A stretch of 45,748 nucleotides of DNA from an uncultured Nitrososphaeraceae archaeon (lineage in GTDB: Archaea > Thermoproteota > Nitrososphaeria > Nitrososphaerales > Nitrososphaeraceae), in contig CAWGVG010000051.1 of the NCBI GenBank assembly GCA_963825865.1, forward strand, positions 1-45,748, written 5' to 3'. The translations under genes and the position numbers were made by a program. Position 1 is the stretch's first letter. Each line of letters opens with the position of its first letter. Below the pieces are notes generated by a model. That model was not told the origin of the DNA, ran no database searches, and saw nothing but the letters and a program-made list of their open reading frames with translations. Positions 32,164 through 42,313 of this stretch are shown one piece after another.

Positions 32164-33627
32164 TTGGGCAGTAACAACGATGATAACTCTACTAAGAAGC
32201 CAGAAACAATCAACGAATGGGTTGACTTCTGGTTTTATGAAATCGGAATTAATGTCATTCCTGTCGCGTCTAGACTAAAAGTTGTAAAGGCAGGCTTCGC
32301 CTGGAAGAAGTGGCAGGATAAGGCGCAGCCATCCGAATTAATTGAGAAATGGAAGAATGAAGGAGTATTTAATGATGGGATTGCTGTCATCACGGGTAAT
32401 CTATGGCGTGGACCTAACGCAGGTAAATATCTAAGTGTTGTAGGCCTAGATAATCAAAAGGCTTTCGAAGAGTTTGGTCTTCTGTCTGATGGTACAGTGT
32501 TTTCATCAAAGGAATTAGGCCAACATACAATGCTAGAGGAGCATGACGATGACACCAGTAAAGGACATACATATTTTATTTCAGAAGAAAGGCCACTAAG
32601 AAATAAACAAACCGACGCTAGTGCGAGCAATGGGAGGAGGAATAATAATAACGAACCGATTCCAGCATTTGAAGTGAAAGGTTACAGAAGGATAGTCTAC
32701 TGCACGCCGTCGGTTCACAAAAATAATAGACCGTATCAAATCGTTGGAACTCTGACACCAAAATTTCTGACTGAACAGGATCTGGAGAGGCTAGAGCTTC
32801 ATATTCAATCGATAGTTAATAGGCACAAACTCATAGGTTTTGAACGTTCCTCGCGTGTTAGTGGTGCTGGATGTGGCAGCTGGAATGGCATTGACAGTAT
32901 CTCCAAAGACAGTCACACTTGGATTACATTATCAAAGGATCAGATAGCAAAGACTGTGGGATTATTATTACCGTATTATGTGGAGCATTCCCGTGACTTC
33001 TTTTCACTATATCTAAGTGGGCTGGCTTGTAAGAATTCTATCAGCGTTTCCAGCGGAACACAGATTTTAGAAGGCATAATTGCCAGCGCCGGATATCCAA
33101 ACGACGAGAAATATAGTCGGCTTCAAACCTTCAAAAACACCTACAAAAATCTTGAAGTTAGAGGACCTGATAACATTAGTGGATCTGCAGGTCTTAGAGA
33201 CATTATAAAAAGTGTTCGTGGTGGTGATGGTGATGGCACAGATGAGGGTGAGGAAGCGGACAAAATCCTCAGCCAAGTTTTAGAGACATGGGGGATAAAA
33301 ACGGATTCTTCTTTTGCCAGCAAGAGCCCACAAGTAACGAAGGATCGGCTGATAGAGGAAGCATGGAATACCTCGCAGCAGGCAGAAGACAGGAGAGAGA
33401 AGATACAAGCGTTATCACTGGCCAAAGAGTGTTACTCGATGAAGCTGGATTTGCTTACTAATGCAACAGTAGTTGATGATGCTATTAGGCTTGTTGAGCA
33501 CTCTAATGATAAGTTAACATCAAACAAAGAAGAAAGTAAAGGAGCTGATTATAACTGCAAAGGCAGAGAATTAGAAGAGGATCAGGCAGAACAAACTGGA
33601 AATACGGTTACAAACCAAGTCTTTTGA
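32164..33627 (+). CDS. Bifunctional primase-polymerase (Prim-Pol) domain protein, apparently chimeric at the C-terminus
   Basis: GINVIPV, WKKWQ, GIAVITG, GHTYF, CTPSVHKNNRPY motifs; helical accessory domain; expected DxD reads GLD. Confidence 0.75.
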   Translation: MGSNNDDNSTKKPETINEWVDFWFYEIGINVIPVASRLKVVKAGFAWKKWQDKAQPSELIEKWKNEGVFNDGIAVITGNLWRGPNAGKYLSVVGLDNQKAFEEFGLLSDGTVFSSKELGQHTMLEEHDDDTSKGHTYFISEERPLRNKQTDASASNGRRNNNNEPIPAFEVKGYRRIVYCTPSVHKNNRPYQIVGTLTPKFLTEQDLERLELHIQSIVNRHKLIGFERSSRVSGAGCGSWNGIDSISKDSHTWITLSKDQIAKTVGLLLPYYVEHSRDFFSLYLSGLACKNSISVSSGTQILEGIIASAGYPNDEKYSRLQTFKNTYKNLEVRGPDNISGSAGLRDIIKSVRGGDGDGTDEGEEADKILSQVLETWGIKTDSSFASKSPQVTKDRLIEEAWNTSQQAEDRREKIQALSLAKECYSMKLDLLTNATVVDDAIRLVEHSNDKLTSNKEESKGADYNCKGRELEEDQAEQTGNTVTNQVF

Positions 33628-33958
33628 ACTGTATGTTTAATACGGATAATAATAGTCATTCAAAACAATATCAAGGGCTAGACAAAAAGGCCTTGATCCG
33701 ATCATAAACAAGAAGGATTTTTTCTGCCCTATTTTATCATTAATCGTGTAACTCAATAAAACTCTACTTTTCCGATGGGTTCTTAGTATCAATTTCATTC
33801 ATAATCACTGATTTTTTAGATATTTTGCTTACAAACATAAAAGGCGGTAACTTCTCTTGTTGTTGTCCTTGTTCTTATGCAATCATTTATACAGACTTTA
33901 TCTGTCTAATACAATATTAAAAAATGTATTTCCGATAGTTTAGGAGCAAACCCAATAT

Positions 33959-35654
33959 TTACGAAATTGGAAGGCTAAATGAAAATGTAGCTCCTTTACC
34001 ATCTGTGTTGTTTTGGGCCCATATTCTGCCACCATGAGCTTCTACAATGCCTTTAGAAATAAACAAGCCTAATCCTGAACCTGTGTCTGATTTAGTAACA
34101 AATATTGAAAATAATTTATCGTGTATATCAGGATCAATACCCGTGCCCCTATCTTTTATGCTAATAATAACTTCATCTCCTCCAATACTATTACCTTTAT
34201 TATAGGCTTGATTGGACTTTATGGCTGTAAAGACTGTTATAGTGCTGCCGCCGTCGTTGTCATCGTCATCAACACTAGCGTCAGTCCTATTATTACTACT
34301 ACTTTTCTTAGTAAACTTAGAAGCATTAGTCAAAAGATTTGATATGACTTCATAAATTCTCATTTTATCTGCTTCTACAACTATAGGATCGACTTTTGGC
34401 TCAGCAAAGGTTATCTCTATTTTATCTTCTTTTGATTTTATATCGTTTATAACATTTCTTATCTCTTCATTAATGTTAAACTTCTCCTTGTTTAGCTTTA
34501 AAGTCTGACTTTCAATTTTTGAAACATCTAAAATGTTTTCTGAAAGACATCGTAGCCTTTTTGCATTTCTGATAATAACATTAAGAAACTCTTCGTCTTC
34601 TTCTTTATCTATATTAGAAGAAGTCTGCTTTACGGGAACGAATAACTTCAGTCAAGCCCAGTATTGGCTGTATAGGAGTACGTAATTCATGAGCTGCTAT
34701 ATTTATAAATTGATCTTTTAATTGATCTTTATATTTGAGCTCTTCATTTAATTTTTTTAGTTCAGACGTTAATTGATTTTGGTTTGTAATGTAGTTTTTG
34801 ATAGATTGCACCATGGAATTAAATGATTCGCCTAGAAGTGAAAGTTCGTCATTTCCTTTGTGTTCTTGAATTGGAACGTCAAGGTTTCCTTTTTTTATTT
34901 CAGATGTTGCTCGAGTAAGTGCACTTATTGGTTTGAGGACTTTAATTACAAAATAAAGTATTAGTAAAACCACACCTATGTTTATTATTCCAAGAAAGAT
35001 CTCTAACAGCATTAAATTCAGGGAATTTTTCGTTGAATCATCTCCTAATTGTATTACTAGTCTATCTGATGAATTGATTAGGTTCGCAGCCAGCGATTCC
35101 AACTCTGTTTTTGTAGATCGGTATATTTTTGCTGCCGCTGAAGAGGCAGTAGTACCAGTAACATTCGTAGGTATAGCAGTAGTAGTTGTTTTTAATTGAG
35201 GTTGTTGTTGTTGCTGAGCTGGCATAACGACTTTATAAGTAATAAAAGTCTTAAAATGATTCCAATCATTATTAATTATTTTCCATGAATCTAGAAACTT
35301 TGATGGCAATGGTTTTAATTCTATACCAGCAATTTTTCCACCTTCTTTTAATACCATTATGTTTGTATCTAATTTATTCATTGCATCGTTTAGTTTGGCT
35401 ATACTATTATGTGAAATAGATGAGGAGAGCGGAGAGGAAGAAAAAATCCCATTTAAATACTCTGATGTCTGAAACAGCACGTTCATTGTGAGAAATCTGT
35501 TTTTACCTGCAATGTTAATTGAATTTCCCAAAAGAGTTTGTTGTGATTGGAAATATGCAAGTATTGCAAAACTGCTAATAATAAAGACAATGATAATTGT
35601 AGCCAAAAGTCCTATTTTATAAATAACTTTGGAAGTCAGTGATTGAAACAACAA
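33959..35654 (-). CDS. Membrane sensor histidine kinase: TM, PilJ/NarX-like sensor, TM, HAMP, HisKA, HATPase (frameshift at about 34628)
   Basis: INIAGKNRF, HAMP (DELSLLGESFNSM), AAHELRTP; the frame through 34364-34625 is open and continues to NLLTNA, DRGTGI and GSGLGL. Confidence 0.9.
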
Positions 35655-35995
35655 AGCTCAACACCTATGATTATACTTGCAGCCAAAATTTGTTGTTGTG
35701 GTCATAGAAAGATGATCCTACCAATGTCATTACGATAAATCGTAATTTGTATCACGATTAATTATATACATAGTGGTAATATTTTTATTTTTATAATATA
35801 GTTCTTGTTATTATATAAGATTAAATTTACGGAATGTGATAAATATAAATTAATTAAATGTTTATAGCAAATTCTACATTACTAAAAGACACTAATATCG
35901 GAAAGGCTCCGTCGAGATTGGGAACAAATTTGACGTAATAAAGTAGACTTTAATTAGACTAGTAATAGCAAGTAGATTATTATATTATTGGTAGG

Positions 35996-37779
35996 TCAAT
36001 TAGTAATCGGTAAACTAAAGGAAAATGTGGCTCCTTTTCCATCAATATTATTCTCAGCCCATATCTTGCCACCATGGGCTTCTACAATGCTTTCGCAGAT
36101 ATACAACCCTAATCCTGTACCCTGAAAAGATTTTGATGCAAACTTTTCAAATAACCTAGGCATTATCCCAGAGTCTATACCGATACCTGTGTCGTTGATA
36201 CTGACAATAGCCTGACCGTCATCGTCAACCTTTTCAGTGTTAATAATTATAATTCCTCTTTCTCCTTCTCCTCCATTGACTTTTGCTTCAGTAAATTTAA
36301 CAGCATTACTTAGAATGTTGAAAACTACTTGAGCTATTCTTGCTTTATCCGCTTGTATGAAGATATCGCGAGGCTGATATACTAATTTTATAAGGTCTCC
36401 TTGTTGGCTCTTCTTAACAATGTTTGCTTCTATGTCTTCTATGGTATTTGCTATTACATCATTTAAGTTGAAAAACTCCTTCTTTAGGTTTAGTGACTCA
36501 CTTTCAATTTTTGTAACATCTAAAATGTCGTCAGCAAGTCTCTGCAATCTCCTTGCATTCCTCATTATAACATCTAGTAATTCATCTTGTTCCGCTGCTG
36601 ATCTTGTTTCTCTGCTATTATTAGAACGAAGAATATCAGTTAAGCCAAGAATTGGCTGGATAGGTGTTCGTAATTCATGTGCTGCTATATCGATAAATTC
36701 TTTTTGCATTTTACCATGTGTTCTTTAGCTGCTCATACATCTTGCTTAATTTTTGATGTAGTTCTGTCTGTTTCCAAAGACTGTCAAATATAGAAGCATA
36801 TGCTAAAGCAATTGGTTTGCTATTAGAGTATGCAGCTAATCCTGCTGCATTATACGAATTATCTTTTGAATCGTCCTTTGTCTCTATAATTAGAGATTCT
36901 TTTCTATCAACTACTAGAATTCCAACTGTACTTTCTAAACTCTTGTCTACGCTTCCAATATCTAGCTGAGGCAATACCAAATTTACTTCGTTTACTATTT
37001 GTATTACCTCATTTTGATCAGCAGGAATTAATATTCTAACTCTTACACCACGTTCTACTGCGTCTTTGAATAAGCGCATTATACCTAATCTTACTTGACG
37101 ACGAAATGCGTGGATTGAGGAAAATATTCTCAATACCTCCTCTTCTGCTGATTTTACTAAATCATAAGCTCGTTTTATCGAATCTGTAGGACTTTGCAAT
37201 AATTTCTATGCTAGTCGATTCAACGCCTTCTTCAATATCTTCTATTCTATCTTTAGCATCAATTCCATTTTTCCATAATTCTTCAAATATATAATAAAAA
37301 TGGTTGACGTATACAGGTTCATTACTAAGTAATAGACTTTGAACATTTTTACCACCTTCCATCTTTTCTATAGTAGCTGCTATTTCTTTATCTGAAACAC
37401 CAAAACTCATAGGTGGCAGATTTTTAACATGTCTTATTTGGATACCTGCGTCCAGAAGTATTTTAGCTAAATTCATATTATCTCTATCTATATTACTTAT
37501 GTATCTGATACCCTCGTGCTCCCCTTTCTTTTGCTTGTGCAATAACTTTTTGTTTAACTCAAAAAAATTATTGTAACTATATTGCATTCCTCCAGCTGTC
37601 AAACAAATATATAATTCACTTGAGCTGGCAGTTAAGCGACCGATTTCTTTGACAATCTCCTGAACATCCTCAATTATCCTAGTCTCGTAATGTACTGTTC
37701 CCTCTTCTATCTCTTTAATTCTCTTTTCTGCAAGGATTGATCTGTTCCACAGAGTCTCAATTCCGTCAATACTTGCCAT
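35996..37779 (-). CDS. Cytoplasmic sensor histidine kinase with repeated TrmB/PLD-like input domains (frameshifts at about 37197 and 36720)
   Basis: Three consecutive ORFs; repeats ending FEELWK and FDSLWK; AAHELRTP, NILSNA, DTGIGI, GTGLGL. Confidence 0.88.
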
Positions 37780-37815
37780 TGTCGGTAACCTCTTCTTCTT
37801 CTTCTTCCCTTTTCT

Positions 37816-37959
37816 TTATTTCAATAATCCAACTTGCTTGTAGAAGCAAGGCTTTATTGATTTGTCATGTATCTTGCAGGCTGTAAAGTGCCACGCTGTT
37901 TCTAACGCAAAGAATACTGTTGCAAAGCCAAGGCCTACATACGCTATATTTTCTAACAT
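37816..37959 (-). CDS. Small single-TM protein, 47 aa (absent from the ORF track)
   Basis: MLENIAYVGLGFATVFFALETAWHFTACKIHDKSIKPCFYKQVGLLK, translated manually. Confidence 0.7.
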   Translation of the reverse strand: MLENIAYVGLGFATVFFALETAWHFTACKIHDKSIKPCFYKQVGLLK

Positions 37960-38111
37960 ATTTTTTCTATTCTATTTGAAAGATATAAGGCTGTTGGAGA
38001 AAACATTGAACATATGACAATTATAAATCTATAATAGTTGATATTTGATAAGTTTAATTTACAATATGTTAGTATTATCATCCATTTGTAAGATCAAGTT
38101 TTACTGTAAGG

Positions 38112-38309
38112 TTAGAAATAAAAGATATTATTGTTTGAATGAAGCAAAGTGATTAAGTTTACAGCTGATGGAAAAATGACATCTATCTTATTCCCATAAC
38201 ACTCCATTAGCTTGATTTCAGGAATACAAATTCCTGTCTCAGAAGCAGTTGTTAATGCTGCTGATCTATGTATGCCATCAACTATGATGCTATGACCAAG
38301 AAATATCTT
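38112..38309 (-). pseudogene. Fragment with a ParB/Srx-like motif
   Basis: Startless open frame KIFLGHSIIVDGIHRSAAL...IPEIKLMECYG; contains the DGxHR motif. Confidence 0.45.
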
Positions 38310-38470
38310 GTTTTAGGTGAATACCTCGTTTATCTTTTACCTCTTATGTGATGGTAACTTATACTAATTCATCAATAGACATTGCCAACAATCCGAATCT
38401 GAAAATATGCCCAATGCTCACCTTAGTTCATCGCATGACTCTAATGAATTAGAGTGGAGGTCTAAAGTTT

Positions 38471-38572
38471 TTAGTGTCTGGACCAATCTACCAGTGTTCA
38501 TGCAGCGGAATTACAAATAGACTGCTGACCAGAGCTATTCCTACAACCATACCTATTATATAGATGTTTGAT
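38471..38572. repeat. About 100-bp dispersed repeat, copy 1 (copy 2 at 42992-43092)
   Basis: Direct alignment by eye shows 6 substitutions and 1 indel. Confidence 0.92.
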
Positions 38573-39523
38573 CTAATTTTTTCTTTCCACATACATTAGA
38601 AAGTATCTTCAGCAGTTGTTCTTTTATTTATGTCAGTACATTATATGATTTGTTATAAATGCAGCTTAGAAATATTTATATATATATATTATTTGTCATA
38701 TCTGCTTATTTATATTTAATTGCATAATCAGCAAGAACCGTAACTTTTTGGTTTAACGCGAGAAGGTTCTGAGAGCTTTATCAATAAATTGCCGGCAAGC
38801 AATTTCTCTATTTGTGTTAATAGGAAGTCTATGGATTGCTGTTGTACTACTACGTTTGTTGTTGATTACCGTTGTATGGACAAGGGTTTCTTCGACACTA
38901 TTGTATCCTTCTTGGAAGAGTTGGCATATGCAAAGTCTTTCCATGACTCAATTTCTAGTTGAGAGTATGTCTTCCCTTTTATTGTCTGAGACAGAAAAAC
39001 AAGTGACAACTGATGTTTATGAATAGGTAATATAGACATTTAAAAGAATCAACAGTACTCATCATTACTTCATGCAACAAAACCGAGATCCTTATGCTGG
39101 ATTTCGTGACGTTCCTAATTTCTTAGTCAAATAACAAAAGAACGAATGTTGCAGAACTGGTTAACGAAGCACTTCATGATGTTTTGGTAAAATATGATAA
39201 AAGAAAACCGAAGAAATGACTACTGGTACTGTTGAACTTAATAACAATAGGAATAATGATAATGGTAATGATGCACCGTTACCTATTTTAGATTCTCAAA
39301 CTGTAGAATCGATTGTTTTTAGAAGGGATAATACAAAAGGTATATTTCACAAGCGCATTGTATCCAGGAATATCATAATAAACCGCAGGATAATCCATAC
39401 TACCAACGCCTCAGATTATGCTTTCAGATCTGGATGATGTGTTGACTATGAACAGGTCCCTGGATCAAATGTCATAACAGCTTAAGCATTTATTGGATTT
39501 ATCTTCAAACTGCAAATTATTGT

Positions 39524-40480
39524 CTACATAAAATTCGTCAATGTAAGTTGGTTTGCGTTATTAGATAATTTGTGTTTTTCAACACATCTAATTCCAATCA
39601 AATTAGGAAAATCAAAAGATATCCCTCTCCTTTGGACTGCTTCCCCCAATTTTTCAAGTATTCCGTTGGAGTAAGATTGGTCTGCTGCAATATTATAGCC
39701 TGATCTAATTGGTTCTGTGAAATGGAAAATTCTATTGTATTCATTAATTCGGTCTTTCATATTAAGTAGCATAAGAATAGACTTCATTCTTTCCCATATG
39801 TCTGCTCTTAACCTTAAAATTGCACCAAAAACGTAGCCAACTCCTGTCTCAAGACAATTGTCAAGTATAGATTCAATATCATTTGGAGAATCTGTGATAA
39901 GAGGTATAATAGGATCTATATTTACACCACAGCGTATCCCAGAATCACTGAATTTCTTTATTACTGCAAACATTGCGGATGCAGGTGGAGTTCCAGGCTC
40001 TATTATTCGCCTTATATTTTCATCACAAGTTGTAATGGACCATACTATAAAGCAATTATCTTTGTATTGTTTATGTAGTTCCAAATCTCTGGATACCATA
40101 GTTGACTTTGTAAACACATAGTAAGGAATATTGTATTTCTGTAATACTTTAACACATTTTCTTGTCAATTCAAACTTTAATTCTGCTGGTTGATATGCGT
40201 CTGTGGCTGAAGATATCATTACTGGCTCTATGGCTTCAGACTTCCAAGATTTCAATTGATTCTCAAGTATTTCAGGAGCATTACTTTTAGCATATATTTT
40301 GTCATAGAATTCTGGCGACCATTCATAAGTTGCATAACAATATCCACACCTATGGTGACATCCTTGATATGGATTAATAGTAAGGCCTTCGTATTCTCTT
40401 ACAATGAAAGGATGAATTACCGACTTGCTTTTCTTTACTTCAAATTCTGGTGCTTTTTTGGCATACCATAGATTCATCAT
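39524..40480 (-). CDS. SplB-like (spore photoproduct lyase family) radical SAM protein
   Basis: INPYQGCHHRCGYCYA, SSATDAYQPAE, TKS, IEPGTP, PIIPLITD. Confidence 0.88.
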   Translation of the reverse strand: MMNLWYAKKAPEFEVKKSKSVIHPFIVREYEGLTINPYQGCHHRCGYCYATYEWSPEFYDKIYAKSNAPEILENQLKSWKSEAIEPVMISSATDAYQPAELKFELTRKCVKVLQKYNIPYYVFTKSTMVSRDLELHKQYKDNCFIVWSITTCDENIRRIIEPGTPPASAMFAVIKKFSDSGIRCGVNIDPIIPLITDSPNDIESILDNCLETGVGYVFGAILRLRADIWERMKSILMLLNMKDRINEYNRIFHFTEPIRSGYNIAADQSYSNGILEKLGEAVQRRGISFDFPNLIGIRCVEKHKLSNNANQLTLTNFM

Positions 40481-40863
40481 TATAGTAACTAAGCATTGAT
40501 CAATATCATCTAATAAAGCTCAGGTCCTAGAAATGGGAGGGAGGGACAATACAGCAATAATTAAATTACTTAAATTATAGGTAGCAGAAATAAATCAAGT
40601 TAGTATTCTTTTAGATTTTACAGCATGGTTGTCAATTGTCAGTCCTGTTATGTAGCTGTATTCTTGCAAATGGACTAGCCAGATAGCAATATAGCTATAT
40701 AGTTACGCTGAGAACCTGACATATTTCGCTAGACTTGACTTGTATTGTTTATAGCTTGTATTATACTCATGACATCTTGAGGTCAGATGACGCGTCTATA
40801 TTAAATGGCAGATTATGGTTTCTATCCCAGATAACAATATTTGCTTGTTCACATAGAGGGCAA

Positions 40864-41491
40864 TTATGTTCTTTTGAATTGTCCTTCCATTACAATTTCT
40901 GCTAGAGGTTTTCTATCGTTTGGATGTTCTCTTTCCTGAAGTTGTGGTGGAAGATTATCCTTTGGTCCCTGCTTTCCGATTGCAATCATTGCCATAACAT
41001 CAAAGTTATCAGGAATTTGTAAATCTGCTCTAGCTCGTTCGTAATCAAATCCTTGCATTGCATGTACTGCTAGTCCTCTTGATGATGCTTCTAAAGCTAA
41101 ATTCTCCCATGCAGCTCCTGCATCAAATTGGTGTGTTATAGAATATTTTTCATTATGTTCGAAATTCTTTCTAGCTACGACCACAACTAATACAGCGGCA
41201 TTTTTTGTCCAAACTTTGTTGGGTTCTGCTAACAAATTGAAGAGTTTGTCACAATGTGATGTGCTTCTCTTGGCGTATATGAATCTCCATGGTTGATTAT
41301 TGTATGAAGAAGGAGCCCATCTTGCTCGCTTCAAAAAGGCTCATTATAGTATCGTCATCCAATTCTTCTCCTGTCATAGACCTTGGAGACCATCTATGTA
41401 GAATTAGCGGGTTTATCTTGTATGGTGATTGTCTTGTTGTTGTAGTATCCTGCTTTTCTTGCTCTATCGATTTATCAATTGATATTGTCAT
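40864..41491 (-). CDS. Nitroreductase family protein (frameshift at about 41327)
   Basis: RWSPRSM, LFEA(A)RWAPSSYNNQPWRF, FDAGAAW, HAMQGFD. Confidence 0.93.
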
Positions 41492-41958
41492 ATGTATATA
41501 TGCGACAATACTAAGTGTTATATTATACTTTTAATTCCGATGATATTTCTATGTAATGTGTAACATTTTCGGCTATTTGAACACAATTCAGACGAGCAAG
41601 GTAATGCATCATCAAAAAATCTGGGAATGAAAATGAGATGGTAGCCCGCTTTTTTATTTTTTACTTATATCTTCTGCTCATATTGATGTCGTTCTTCGTT
41701 AAGACATCATCTTTCCACTATAATGATGATGAGTTGTTGAATTATACAAATGAAGATCGTTATCGGTAACTACGTGCATATTATATGATATTATATATTA
41801 TACGCGCATTCAATTATGATACAATTACGTTTATTCTTCCGTTCTATCGTCGTCGTCTCGAATTACCCTTAACCGAAATTAATCTTCTTCGCTGTCAAAT
41901 TAAGAGGTACAATTGCTGCAACTGGGCTTCATCATTCTTTATTGCTGCGGTGAACTGT

Positions 41959-42313
41959 TTAACTTGTTATGCCATCGATTAAACCTGCTATATCATCGTC
42001 CACAGGAGGATAATTTTGGGATGGACTCTTAGTTGAATTCGACACAGAGGAGGTATGGCATGGCTGATCGTTTATACATGTTGTAGACATATGGATTTTA
42101 TTGTGATTTGATTTTGATGAATCAGGTGTAGTTGAATTTGAATTCGACACAGAGGAGGTATGGCATGGCTGATCGTTTATACATGTTGTTGTCGAGCTAC
42201 TTTCTGACTCACTCTGGGCCTGTGTTTGTTGCTGCTGCCATACAAGCAGCTGTCACCATAAATGCAGCTGTCATTATGACTGTGACCATCGTTAAAGTCG
42301 TGTGGCTCTCCAT
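41959..42313 (-). CDS. Small secreted Ser/Thr-rich protein with two identical TTCINDQPCHTSSVSNS repeats (probable frameshift at about 42245)
   Basis: Signal-like MESHTTLTMVTVIMTAAFMVTAA joins VWQQQQTQAQSESESS after removing one base. Confidence 0.65.
42033..42189. repeat. Perfect 52-bp direct repeat (42033-42084 and 42138-42189), period 105 bp
   Basis: TTGAATTCGACACAGAGGAGGTATGGCATGGCTGATCGTTTATACATGTTGT occurs twice. Confidence 0.95.

Larger units (their letters stand above)
30266..33627 (+). mobile_element. Remnant of an integrative element (plasmid- or provirus-like)
   Basis: Integrase fragment, tightly packed co-oriented Cys-rich ORFs and a Prim-Pol gene; no att sites identified. Confidence 0.65.

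Noticed and set aside
30174-33958. tRNA integration site or att repeats around the integrative remnant
   Set aside because: No tRNA-like sequence or flanking direct repeat could be found by eye
38753-39437. Short ORFs between the repeat and the SplB-like gene
   Set aside because: No motifs, conflicting strands and low complexity; not supportable
3066-41491. Mass pseudogenisation or genome decay suggested by many split genes
   Set aside because: Most splits are single-base indels in otherwise conserved, often essential genes (sucC, uvrB, cbiA) with no accompanying stops, which fits sequencing error better
42033-42189. Mini CRISPR array
   Set aside because: Only two 52-bp units, the period is a multiple of three, the repeat is protein-coding, and there are no cas genes
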